A stretch of 39,224 nt of DNA from Candidatus Omnitrophota bacterium (GCA_043822175.1 JBDRBZ010000123.1:1-39224), one strand, 5' to 3'. Counted from the stretch's first letter, positions 1 through 13,079 are shown. The notes: a model not told the origin generated them from the sequence alone. Numbers and translations are program-made.

Positions 1-3000
1 TTAATTCCCGGACTTGTGCTTGGATCTGTTATAAGTATCGTCCTTTTCATGCTGGATCATTGGACATACTGCCGCAAGCTGGTTAAGGATATATACAGAG
101 AAAGGATAATCCAGGATTATACCGTAAGAGGAGATCTCTGGGGCTTCTTCGCTGTTCAGGTCGTTATGCGGTTAGGGAATATCCTTATGTTGTATCATCC
201 CGGAGCGGGGTGGTGTTTTAACTGCATAAACTGTTTGATAATCGGTATTACACTTATTGTTGCACATGGCATTGTCCTCAACGCTACAATGCTGCCCGTT
301 CTTAAGGGAGCGCTCATGATGGTCCCGTCGAGGAGAGACGAGAACACGCGTCTCATGGGGTCGCTGATGGGGATAAGGCGCGATATGCTGTTTGAGAATA
401 CCCGTGAAGCGCGGGACGAGCGGGCGTTAGACGCGAAATATCAGGAGCTTTTAGCGGTTTTATCAGAGATCGAGAAACATGACGATCCTGAATTAATAAC
501 GTGGCTGATATACGCCCTTGAACGGCATAATAAGAATATCGACAAATGGCTGTCGAACGTGTGGAATACCAGTACGGAGCGGGCGCAAAAAGTCCACAAT
601 AAGGACATCGCTTTATCCGATAAAATAACGCGTGTATTAGTCAAACTCTGCAATAATCACAGGAAGGAATACGAAGAAAAATATCAGAATGAAATTCTGA
701 ATGCCTTGAACTGGCCACGGCAAAGCGCGTATGTGATGCAATGCATGCTGGAAGTCCTTCAGGGCACAGGTGTTAGTTTGGACATAGCGACGCTGAACCG
801 GTATCGCGCAAGACTGTGGAAGTCAGCAAGGCATCCTATGCCTTATTTCTCGGGCATACTCCTGGATGACGGGACCGAGGTAAGGGATGCCAGGGCAGTA
901 TTTGGGCACGCGATATCTTTGATGACACAGTACGCTCAGCAGGCGCAACAGCCGGGCGCTCCCATGGATGATGACACATCACAGGCGGCCGAGATAATTA
1001 CCAATGCCGGAGGCCTTTCCCACGTTACCGCAATGTGGTCGATGTTAGAGGAAGAAGAAAAGCGGTTAGCCGCGACTCTGGCACAGTATAGGCCGGCGCT
1101 GATTTTAAGGCAGCCTCAGGATGTCAAGCCGGAGCCGGCGCAACCCGCGCCTGTACAGGCCGCCGCGCCGCCGGAAACACAGACAGCGGCTGAAGCGCCT
1201 AAAGACGACGAAGAAAACCGGTGGTCGATCAGCGCCGAAGGCGCGCGAAATATCGAAAATGGCTCTCAGCTGGTCTTTGGCATGGGCGGCAAGCGAAAAA
1301 TAACGTTTTATGGCCTGCCCGAAGGTACTCAATACGTGACATTTGGTAATGCCATCGCGCTTTATAATCCACGGACAGACCAACACCTGTGTTTTATCGT
1401 TAAAGGCGCTTCAGAGAAGGCCTTTAGGGTCATGTGCTTTCAGGTCGCGCGGGGCCGGCAGCATTCGGACCGTCTTTATGCGCGGGGACGCGTCTGGCCC
1501 AATGAATTAATAACAGACAGGCCTGAGGCGGAAGGCGCGGCATATAGCGTGTCTACTTGGAACAGGCCGTACGCGCTGGATTTGTCCGTTTACAGGGGCC
1601 GAATCCCGGTCATCGGCGCGTTTCTTGAGGAAGCGACAGGTGGTGCGCAACCCTTTAACGACGTGCTGTCTCGCGTGAAAATCGACAAGTATACGAGCTG
1701 CCTGGCGGGCCTCGGCATTCCGCCGGTATTAATAAACGGGTTCAGGACGATATTATCCGAAGAGAGAGGACTTATCAAACTTGATCCGGGTTCAGGAGGA
1801 TTGTCGGCCGATAAGAATCTGACCGGCCTGGTCGACCGGCTGGAACGCGTATTTGGTTTGCGGCCCACTTTTGAGCGCAGCTATGACCATGAACTCCTGC
1901 ATATAGCCGTGAGAGACTCGGGGTTTGTGGGAGAATTTACCCGGCGGCTGGAACAGGTAAAGCCGCGTGAAAAGGGAAGGTTTTTCGAGGCCTTTGACAA
2001 GGCCTTTGCCATGTCCGGAGGCATGAATCTCGACAGGTACATTTCCGCACCTGAAAACAAGGCCGCGTTTTATGAAGAAATAGGCGTGAAATACCTTTCA
2101 GCGATTCATGAAGGCGATTTTGCTGATAATCCCGGCGCGCACAACTATATATATTCTAAAACCATAAAGGGCGTCCTGGACCGTCTTATGGCGGAATTAA
2201 AATATAATGGTATGCCGCTTATTCAACTGGCGGAATCAGACAGCGTGGCGCTGAGGCGGACAATGCGCCCTCTGCCGTCCGACACAGGCCTGGATGTTAA
2301 TTTTGAGGAGAATCCAGCGTACATTCAAATTCTGAGAAAACTGGACCGGTATCTCCCGGCGCCAGCAGGAGAACCGTACGACATGGGATCGAATTTCGCG
2401 AGAAATATAGGGCACGCGAGGAGGACGATCAGGGAAATAGCGTCGTCAATACCTTTAATCGGCCGCTCACGGACCGTGACCGCGGCGTTGGGGTATATTT
2501 TAGGAGCCGTTTTCATTCTCGCTATAATCCGCGCGGCCTACCCGTATTTTTCGGTTGTGTTTATTCACCATCTTTTTATTACGGATGCGTCTTTTTGCTT
2601 TGCGGCTTATACGCTGGCCATCGCATTCTATCCTTTTTACAGAATGAAATCGCTCGAAGGGATCAAGGGGAAAGTCTTCACGAGAAACATTGAAGCCGGC
2701 CTGCAGAAAGCAGGAGAAAGCCCGAGGATATTCGACTGGAGCCGCGCGTGGACGACCGTAAAAGCCATGTTTTTTTCAGAGGTACTGATCCTTATATGCC
2801 TGATGCTTTGCCTCAAGTTCCTGCCGGGATATTGGTTTTTCCCGTCAGACCCGGTACGGCCGCTGGTAACCTTCAGGCTTATAAACTGGCTCGGGCCCAT
2901 CGTTTACTATGTGGACACGTTTGCCAGCAGCATGCTGATGGCGCCGCTCATCGAGGAGATCGTCTACAGGGTTGTTTTGTTCGGCGGATTGATGCGCCTG

Positions 3001-5178
3001 GCCGGGATGGTGTTTCGCGGTAAAGACAGGGCTTTTATCCCGGCGGCTGTAATATCGGCCGCGCTTTTCTCATACGCCCATATGAGCGGAGCGGCGCCGC
3101 TTTTCTTTATAAAAACATTTATAGGCGGCATGATATACGCTTACCTTTACTTTCGCACCGGCAAGGTAATAGTGCCTGTGATAGCTCACGGATTCTCTAA
3201 TTTTTACAGTCAATTTATGGAACTGGCGTTCGCGTTGCGCCTCATGAACGAAACCGGCCTTATACTTATCGGCATTAGCCTGGTAATCGTGCCGGCGTTG
3301 TTCAGGAAGCTTGCGCGTAAAAGAACGCCGCGCCCCTGCCCGGCGTCAGGCGCGCCGGGTATTTCCCATAAAGAGTTCAATGAAAAACTCGCGAAAATGC
3401 TGTCCGCTAAAACAGGAACGACTGTCTTTACCGCCAATTGTGGTGTTTCACCAAATAACACCGATGGCCGGGGCGAAAACAAATATTCGGTCATAACGAG
3501 TATTATGCATGAGGGGCTTCCTGTTTTTACACAGGTTCCGCTCATAAAATATGGTGTACATAAGCCCGAAGCCAGCATCCCATTAGATATCGGTGGATAT
3601 GCGGCAGGCCCGGCTGCCGGGATTCCGATTCTTAACGAGCTGAAGGAAGGCAATGTCCCTTCCGGGATAGAAATCGTGCTCATAAAAAGCCACCCCGGTA
3701 ACAGAAGCGCGCTTTACTGGAACAGGAAAAAAGGCAAGGATTGCGTGGTCCAGGTAGCGCACGCGGGTAAGGGCATCGAATCAGACCCGAACAGGGAAAA
3801 CAGGATGGTGATATACCTTGACCAGGATTTTGTCGAAGACCATCTAAGAAGCCGGAAGGTCTTGACAGAGCTTATCGCCGAAGAAATTGCCGAGGAGCTT
3901 GCCCGCAGGAATGGATTTGATTCGAGGTTTGTGCATAATCATCTTGTGCGTTCGGGGCAGGTAAAAAGATTCTATTCAGAATATAGGAAATACTACGAAG
4001 CCATTCTCGGCACAAGGCCCAATTTTCTCCATGACACGGCCGGATACACCAGGCGGGAGGACCAGAATGTGGCGAGCGGCAAAGGCGGTAGCGGCCAAAA
4101 CGCGATAGGAGACGGATTCTTACGGTTTGATGGACAGTTCGGCAGAAAAACGATACATTCCTCGGAAATCGCCAAATTTTTAAAAGAATGGCAGGCATAT
4201 TTGGCAGACAAAGGAATTAAAGGCATAGTCCTGTTGCTGCGCTTGGCAGTGACAGAGTTTGATCAAGAAAGCGGCATATTAACAGTTGGCGTGATAAACA
4301 ATAACCCCCAAAGTATCTGCGACAGGCTAGTTACAGAATTGGGAAATTTAGGTTATGCAGCGAAAGATATGAAGGCCTGGAATGAGACTGAAGAAAGGCA
4401 GCGGCGGGCGAAAGATACTGTCCGGCAGCGCCAGGCCGTCCCAAAAAGAACTACGGCAAACGAAATGGTTTCTGTCACAGGAAAAGGGGAAGGGATTATC
4501 ATCCCGATGAGCCATGGCGAATATGAGGAGCACCCGGCTGTGCGGATAGCGCGGGATTTTGCTGATGACGGGCAACTGGCGCAGTCTGTCAGGGAGTCGC
4601 TCGTCTCGAAGGCGCTCACCACGAAAAACCTTGTGCTTGCCTTTGACCTGGCTACGGGGGCAGGAAACGCCGGAAGCCCCGTAGCCGTTATCGAGAGGGC
4701 GCTGGAAGACCTTAAAAAAGAGCCGTTGTATGAAAAGCTCCTCAAAAACGTGATTATCAAAAAATCGGTCTCAGCCAATATGGCCAGGACCCTGGAAAGC
4801 TATTTAGGCGCCGATAATACGGAAATATTTATCTTCGCGCCCGAATCAAACCGGCAAACGCTTCAGACGTTGGAATCCGCTCGCGGCGTGCGAAACGTTT
4901 ATATCGATGAAGGAAAAAAGCCGGGCGAACGGTTTCCCATAAACGCCTATTACCCGCTCGTCGAAGTAGTCGCGATTACCCTGGCAAACGCGCTCGGCAA
5001 TGTGGATTTTGAGTATCTCGCGGAAAACAGCGATGTAAAGGCGCTTAATCTACGGTCGATACCCGAGGTGGCAGGTACGGCGCTTATATTCAGGTTACTG
5101 CCCGGGGCGAAAGAATTTGACAAACAAAGCCTTATCCGGTACCAGGCCAGCCTGCGCCGCCTTCTCATAGCCGCGTAA
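1..5178 (+). CDS. Giant (>=1720 aa) multi-domain membrane protein with an embedded CPBP/Abi-type intramembrane protease core; probably 5'-truncated by the window edge
   Basis: Frame 1 is uninterrupted from nt 1 to the TAA at 5176-5178. The track gives 16..5178; the first candidate start is GTG16, with no Shine-Dalgarno in the 15 nt upstream, so the start is probably outside the window. A hydrophobic multi-pass block at nt ~2490-3300 carries the three CPBP motifs in order: EEIVYR (2953-2970), FSYAH (3067-3081) and HGFSN (3187-3201). There is a separate HELLH (HExxH) at 1888-1902 and a Pro/Ala-rich linker at ~1111-1215. I do not recognise the remaining ~1400 aa. Confidence 0.75.
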   Translation, partial: LIPGLVLGSVISIVLFMLDHWTYCRKLVKDIYRERIIQDYTVRGDLWGFFAVQVVMRLGNILMLYHPGAGWCFNCINCLIIGITLIVAHGIVLNATMLPVLKGALMMVPSRRDENTRLMGSLMGIRRDMLFENTREARDERALDAKYQELLAVLSEIEKHDDPELITWLIYALERHNKNIDKWLSNVWNTSTERAQKVHNKDIALSDKITRVLVKLCNNHRKEYEEKYQNEILNALNWPRQSAYVMQCMLEVLQGTGVSLDIATLNRYRARLWKSARHPMPYFSGILLDDGTEVRDARAVFGHAISLMTQYAQQAQQPGAPMDDDTSQAAEIITNAGGLSHVTAMWSMLEEEEKRLAATLAQYRPALILRQPQDVKPEPAQPAPVQAAAPPETQTAAEAPKDDEENRWSISAEGARNIENGSQLVFGMGGKRKITFYGLPEGTQYVTFGNAIALYNPRTDQHLCFIVKGASEKAFRVMCFQVARGRQHSDRLYARGRVWPNELITDRPEAEGAAYSVSTWNRPYALDLSVYRGRIPVIGAFLEEATGGAQPFNDVLSRVKIDKYTSCLAGLGIPPVLINGFRTILSEERGLIKLDPGSGGLSADKNLTGLVDRLERVFGLRPTFERSYDHELLHIAVRDSGFVGEFTRRLEQVKPREKGRFFEAFDKAFAMSGGMNLDRYISAPENKAAFYEEIGVKYLSAIHEGDFADNPGAHNYIYSKTIKGVLDRLMAELKYNGMPLIQLAESDSVALRRTMRPLPSDTGLDVNFEENPAYIQILRKLDRYLPAPAGEPYDMGSNFARNIGHARRTIREIASSIPLIGRSRTVTAALGYILGAVFILAIIRAAYPYFSVVFIHHLFITDASFCFAAYTLAIAFYPFYRMKSLEGIKGKVFTRNIEAGLQKAGESPRIFDWSRAWTTVKAMFFSEVLILICLMLCLKFLPGYWFFPSDPVRPLVTFRLINWLGPIVYYVDTFASSMLMAPLIEEIVYRVVLFGGLMRLAGMVFRGKDRAFIPAAVISAALFSYAHMSGAAPLFFIKTFIGGMIYAYLYFRTGKVIVPVIAHGFSNFYSQFMELAFALRLMNETGLILIGISLVIVPALFRKLARKRTPRPCPASGAPGISHKEFNEKLAKMLSAKTGTTVFTANCGVSPNNTDGRGENKYSVITSIMHEGLPVFTQVPLIKYGVHKPEASIPLDIGGYAAGPAAGIPILNELKEGNVPSGIEIVLIKSHPGNRSALYWNRKKGKDCVVQVAHAGKGIESDPNRENRMVIYLDQDFVEDHLRSRKVLTELIAEEIAEELARRNGFDSRFVHNHLVRSGQVKRFYSEYRKYYEAILGTRPNFLHDTAGYTRREDQNVASGKGGSGQNAIGDGFLRFDGQFGRKTIHSSEIAKFLKEWQAYLADKGIKGIVLLLRLAVTEFDQESGILTVGVINNNPQSICDRLVTELGNLGYAAKDMKAWNETEERQRRAKDTVRQRQAVPKRTTANEMVSVTGKGEGIIIPMSHGEYEEHPAVRIARDFADDGQLAQSVRESLVSKALTTKNLVLAFDLATGAGNAGSPVAVIERALEDLKKEPLYEKLLKNVIIKKSVSANMARTLESYLGADNTEIFIFAPESNRQTLQTLESARGVRNVYIDEGKKPGERFPINAYYPLVEVVAITLANALGNVDFEYLAENSDVKALNLRSIPEVAGTALIFRLLPGAKEFDKQSLIRYQASLRRLLIAA

Positions 5179-5205
5179 AACGAGGAAGCATACAGGCATT
5201 CTTTC

Positions 5206-5234
5206 TTTACCATAGCCGCCCCGTCTGGTATAAT
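5206..5234 (+). promoter_or_regulatory. Candidate sigma70-type promoter for the carbamoyltransferase operon
   Basis: TTTACC (5206-5211), a 17-nt spacer, then TATAAT (5229-5234) preceded by TGg (extended -10). It lies 38 nt upstream of the ATG at 5272, and GAGGTGA sits 7 nt before that ATG. Consensus matching only. Confidence 0.45.
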
Positions 5235-5271
5235 ACGGTTTCTACGTGCTATATTTATGAGGTGATCCCGC

Positions 5272-7089
5272 ATGTATATCTTAGGCATTTCAGCGTTCTA
5301 CCACGATTCTGCCGCCGCGCTTATCAAAGACGGCGATATAGTAGCGGCCGCGCAGGAAGAGCGGTTTACCAGGAAAAAACACGATTACAATTTCCCGGCG
5401 CGCGCCGTACAATACTGCCTCGATACGGCAGGTATTTCGGTAAATGACCTCGGATATGTCGCGTTCTATGATAAGCCCTTCATAAAATTCGAGAGAATAC
5501 TCGAAACCTACATGGCGTACGCGCCTTCGGGGATACAATCCTTTATAAAAGCGGTTCCGCTATGGATAAAGCAGAAACTGTGGATGAAGGACCTGATACT
5601 CAAGGAACTCGGTTATAAGGGGCAGATCGTTTTTCCGGAACACCACGAGTCACATGCGGCAAGCGCTTTTTTCCCGTCGCCGTACCGTGAAGCCGCGATA
5701 CTGACCATGGACGGCGTGGGCGAATGGACAACGGCGAGCTACGGCACCGGCGAAGGCAATAACATATCAATAATGGCCGAAATAAAATTCCCGCACTCCC
5801 TCGGGCTCCTTTATTCCGCGTTTACCTATTATACGGGGTTCAGGGTTAATTCAGGGGAGTATAAAGTCATGGGGCTTGCCCCGTACGGCAAAGGGCGGTA
5901 TGCGGACCTGATCCTGAAAGAGCTTATGGACCTGAAAGAAGACGGGTCGTTCAAGCTGAACATGAAATATTTCAATTACTGCGCCGGCCTTACCATGACG
6001 AATAAGAGGTTCCACGATCTTTTCGGCGGCCCGCCGAGAAAACCCGAATCAAAACTTACCCAGCGCGACATGGACCTGGCGCGGTCCATACAGGACGTGA
6101 CCGAAGAAGTCATGCTTAGGATGGCCAGGCACGTTCATAAAGAGACCGGAAAAGATTACCTTGTCCTGGCCGGCGGCGTGGCGCTCAACTGCGTCGGTAA
6201 CGGCAGGATTTTAAGAGAATCTCCTTTCAAGAATATCTGGATACAGCCGGCGGCGGGCGACGCCGGCGGGGCGCTGGGCGCGGCCCTTTTTATGTGGTAT
6301 CAATACCTCGGTAATAACAGGACGGCCGATGACAAGAGCGATTTCCAGATGGGGTCTTATCTGGGGCCGGGTTACAGCGGCTCTAAAATAAAAGAATTTC
6401 TGGACGCGAAAGGCATAGCTTATACAGAGCTTGATGAGGCGGCCGTGCCCGAAAAGATCGCCGACCTTATAGCGGATGAGAAAGTCATCGGGTGGTTTAA
6501 AGGGAGGATGGAATTCGGGCCCAGGGCCCTCGGCGCGAGGAGCATTATCGGCGACGCGCGCTCGCCCAAGATGCAGGAAATCATGAACCTGAAAATAAAA
6601 TTCAGGGAGAGCTTCAGGCCGTTTGCTCCGTCTGTGCTTGTCGAAAAGGCCCCGGATTATTTCGGGATAGACGGTGAGAGCCCCTACATGCTGCTCGTCG
6701 CCCCTGTGGCTGATTCAAAGAGGAAAGAAGTAAGCGTAAACGAGGACGGGCTTTTCGGCCTGGATAAGCTGAGCATAGAGCGTTCGGTAATACCCGCTGT
6801 GACGCATGTTGATTATTCGGCCAGAATACAGACGGTTAACGGCGAGACGAACCCGGTTTTTTATTCTATGATAAAGAAATTCAACGAAAAGCACTGCTGC
6901 CCGGTCATCATAAACACATCTTTCAACGTGCGCGGCGAGCCGATCGTGTGTTCGCCGGAGGACGCGTACCTGTGCTTTATGAGAACGAACATGGATTACC
7001 TGATTATGGAGAATATTCTCCTTGAGAAAAAAGACCAGAAATCCCTTGATAAAGACATAGACTGGCTTCGCGAGTACGAGCTGGATTAA
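5272..7089 (+). CDS. NodU/CmcH-family carbamoyltransferase (SxtI-like)
   Basis: 605-aa ORF. The N-terminus MYILGISAFYHDSAAALIKDGDIVAAAQEERFTRKKH is the characteristic start of the NodU/CmcH carbamoyltransferase family, and the length is typical. Confidence 0.9.
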   Translation: MYILGISAFYHDSAAALIKDGDIVAAAQEERFTRKKHDYNFPARAVQYCLDTAGISVNDLGYVAFYDKPFIKFERILETYMAYAPSGIQSFIKAVPLWIKQKLWMKDLILKELGYKGQIVFPEHHESHAASAFFPSPYREAAILTMDGVGEWTTASYGTGEGNNISIMAEIKFPHSLGLLYSAFTYYTGFRVNSGEYKVMGLAPYGKGRYADLILKELMDLKEDGSFKLNMKYFNYCAGLTMTNKRFHDLFGGPPRKPESKLTQRDMDLARSIQDVTEEVMLRMARHVHKETGKDYLVLAGGVALNCVGNGRILRESPFKNIWIQPAAGDAGGALGAALFMWYQYLGNNRTADDKSDFQMGSYLGPGYSGSKIKEFLDAKGIAYTELDEAAVPEKIADLIADEKVIGWFKGRMEFGPRALGARSIIGDARSPKMQEIMNLKIKFRESFRPFAPSVLVEKAPDYFGIDGESPYMLLVAPVADSKRKEVSVNEDGLFGLDKLSIERSVIPAVTHVDYSARIQTVNGETNPVFYSMIKKFNEKHCCPVIINTSFNVRGEPIVCSPEDAYLCFMRTNMDYLIMENILLEKKDQKSLDKDIDWLREYELD

Positions 7090-7107
7090 AAGGCGGGTGC
7101 AATCGGC

Positions 7108-7521
7108 ATGATAGACGACATAAAAAAGATAAAAAGCGGCAAAAAAGAACTCCGCGAGTTTGGCTTGACGGTAGGGTTAATTCTTGCTATCTTAGGCGGC
7201 ATAGCCCTCTGGAGGGGGAAGCCGATAGGGCCGTATCTCCTTGTCCCGGGCATCCTGCTCGCGGCAGCCGGTATATTCATGCCGCATATCTTGAAACCCC
7301 TGCAGAAGATATGGATGGGCCTGGCGATAGTGATCGGGTTTTTCGTGAGCAGGATAATACTGTCAATACTTTTCTTTCTTGTGATGACACCGATAGGCGT
7401 GATGTTAAGGCTTTGCGGTAAAGACATACTGGATCAGCGCATGGAAAGAGAGAAAGATTCGTACTGGCACAGGCGCGGGCCGGAAAAGAAAACAAAAGAA
7501 AGCTACAATAACCAGTATTGA
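7108..7521 (+). CDS. SxtJ-family small membrane protein
   Basis: 137-aa ORF 18 nt after the carbamoyltransferase. It has 3-4 hydrophobic helices and the pattern LREFGLTVG...LWRG...FFLVMTPIG...GKD, which I recognise as SxtJ-like. Its position next to a carbamoyltransferase is the usual one for this family. Confidence 0.7.
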   Translation: MIDDIKKIKSGKKELREFGLTVGLILAILGGIALWRGKPIGPYLLVPGILLAAAGIFMPHILKPLQKIWMGLAIVIGFFVSRIILSILFFLVMTPIGVMLRLCGKDILDQRMEREKDSYWHRRGPEKKTKESYNNQY

Positions 7522-7535
7522 CGGAGGGATGGCTT

Positions 7536-7694
7536 ATGGGCGGCATGAGTTTTTTTAAGGAATTATGGGGATTTCTCATGACGAGGAAGAAATGGTGGCT
7601 TCTGCCGATTATAATAGTGCTTTTGCTCCTCGGACTTCTCATAATTTTCACCGAGAGTTCAGCTGTGGCGCCGTTTATCTACACGCTTTTTTAG
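7536..7694 (+). CDS. DUF5989 / SxtK-like 52-aa single-pass membrane protein (not in the ORF track)
   Basis: ATG at 7536 follows GGAGGGA (7523-7529); the stop is TAG 7692-7694. Translation: MGGMSFFKELWGFLMTRKKWWLLPIIIVLLLLGLLIIFTESSAVAPFIYTLF. The KKxWLLPIIIVLLLLG core and the APFIYTLF C-terminus match my memory of the DUF5989 family. An alternative start is ATG 7545. Confidence 0.75.
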   Translation: MGGMSFFKELWGFLMTRKKWWLLPIIIVLLLLGLLIIFTESSAVAPFIYTLF

Positions 7695-7734
7695 GCGTCT
7701 CACGGCCCGTGTAAATTAACGATATGAGGATACA

Positions 7735-9637
<1,903 letters not shown>

Positions 9638-9688
9638 GGCCGGCAGAGGGATCCCGGTTCCCGGCGGACATTTAAGAGGAGGGCGGTT

Positions 9689-9949
9689 GTGAACAGGCGC
9701 AAACTCATCCGGTACGGCCTTGTCCTTCTCATGCTGGCAGTTATCTATTTTCCCGGTTTCTCCAGGCTCCAGCAGCTGAAAGAGGAAAACAGGGCGCTTG
9801 AGCGAAAGATAGAGGAGCTTAAGGGCTCAAACACGCTTCTGATAGAGACAATACGCAGGCTGGAGACAGACCCCGTCTATGTCGAAAAGGTGGCCAGGGA
9901 AAAGATGAAGAAGACACGCCAGGGCGAGATTATATATAAAACCGATTAA
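9689..9949 (+). CDS. ftsB: Septum formation initiator (FtsB/DivIC family)
   Basis: 86 aa with a GTG start after AAGAGGAGGG. It has one N-terminal TM helix followed by a coiled coil (LQQLKEENRALERKIEELK). Its position directly downstream of eno is a common conserved arrangement. Confidence 0.7.
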   Translation: MNRRKLIRYGLVLLMLAVIYFPGFSRLQQLKEENRALERKIEELKGSNTLLIETIRRLETDPVYVEKVAREKMKKTRQGEIIYKTD

Positions 9950-9952
9950 TGC

Positions 9953-9981
9953 TTGCGCAGCCGGGGCGGATTTGTTATAAT
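9953..9981 (+). promoter_or_regulatory. Candidate promoter of the initiator tRNA gene
   Basis: TTGCGC (9953-9958), a 17-nt spacer, then TATAAT (9976-9981) preceded by TGt (extended -10). It is about 20 nt upstream of the mature tRNA 5' end. Confidence 0.55.
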
Positions 9982-10000
9982 AGGCGCTCGTCTACACAAT

Positions 10001-10077
<77 letters not shown>

Positions 10078-10143
10078 AATTTGTCCTGAGGCAATGCCCA
10101 ATGCCGAAAGGCCTGATCCCTTCTTATTCTTAAAAGATAAATA

Positions 10144-10171
10144 TTGAAACTATGCCCGCGTGTGATATATT
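10144..10171 (+). promoter_or_regulatory. Candidate promoter for gmd-fcl
   Basis: TTGAAA (10144-10149), a 16-nt spacer, then TATATT (10166-10171) preceded by TGa. Consensus matching only. Confidence 0.35.
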
Positions 10172-10243
10172 AGAAAACTGAACATACGAAAGAGGTCAAT
10201 AAGGCGCGGTCTTTTTAACGCGCGGTTGAAAGGAGCCCGGGAT

Positions 10244-12727
<2,484 letters not shown>

Positions 12728-12766
12728 TGGTTTATTATATCACAAATCGCAAATTTATCTGACTGG

Positions 12767-12775
12767 ATTATATCA
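12767..12775 (-). promoter_or_regulatory. Candidate extended -10 promoter for the PilZ gene
   Basis: The reverse complement reads TGATATAAT (TGnTATAAT), about 40 nt upstream of the ATG at 12727. A TTGACA (12793-12798) exists, but its 20-nt spacing is too long to count. Confidence 0.35.
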
Positions 12776-13050
12776 TACGCGCGGCATTGAATTGTCAAAG
12801 AAATGTAACCGTATTGTAATTGTTAGGTATGCGCGCCGATAGGCCGGAAGGAGCGCCAACGATATAGGACAAGCCCGGGTTGCCGTATTTTCTGTGCTTC
12901 CTGCCATGAAAAGTAGTATAATTACGGCAAAGCGATTACATGAGGGGGCGCTGGTGACTGATATGGGTCCGCAATATGCTATTTAGTTCTCCTGTACAGT
13001 GACATAGCGGCGCGGCTTGCGCAGAGGAATATCACATTATATGGATTCAG

Positions 13051-13079
13051 CCGGGGGTCGCTCGCAAACCGGGGGTCGC
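13051..13079 (+). repeat. 11-nt perfect direct repeat CCGGGGGTCGC x2 next to the purB -35 element (possible regulator site)
   Basis: Copies at 13051-13061 and 13069-13079, 18 nt start to start. The second copy ends 3 nt before TTGACA at 13083. Confidence 0.6.

Noticed and set aside
7519-7521. I considered an alternative genetic code, with TGA recoded, given the streamlined and possibly candidate-phylum character.
   Set aside because: TGA ends well-defined genes at the expected lengths (for example the SxtJ-like gene at 7519-7521, glyA at 20896-20898 and ispE at 31533-31535). No conserved gene needs read-through, so the standard code 11 fits.
9642-9670. The eno-ftsB spacer contains a GCCGG...CCGGC stem enclosing the palindrome GGGATCCC, which could be a terminator or operator.
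   Set aside because: The stem is only 5 bp with a 17-nt loop and no U-tract. The spacer is otherwise taken up by the ftsB RBS. The evidence is too weak to call.
10226-10243. The ORF track gives upstream-extended starts for gmd (TTG 10226), purC (ATG 14462), purE (17512), rplY (ATG 34465) and the dCMP deaminase (GTG 20895).
   Set aside because: In each case a downstream ATG has a properly spaced Shine-Dalgarno and yields the canonical family N-terminus. The extensions would bury the SD in the ORF or create long overlaps with the preceding gene.
12841-12857. AGGCCGGAAGGAGCGCC resembles the conserved SRP (4.5S) RNA domain IV core GGUCCGGAAGGAAGCAGCC, which has a GGAA tetraloop.
   Set aside because: The flanking sequences do not form the required extended helix: the reverse complement of the 5' arm is absent downstream. 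The 3'-side loop is AGC-G rather than AGCA. This is probably a chance resemblance, and an Infernal search would settle it.
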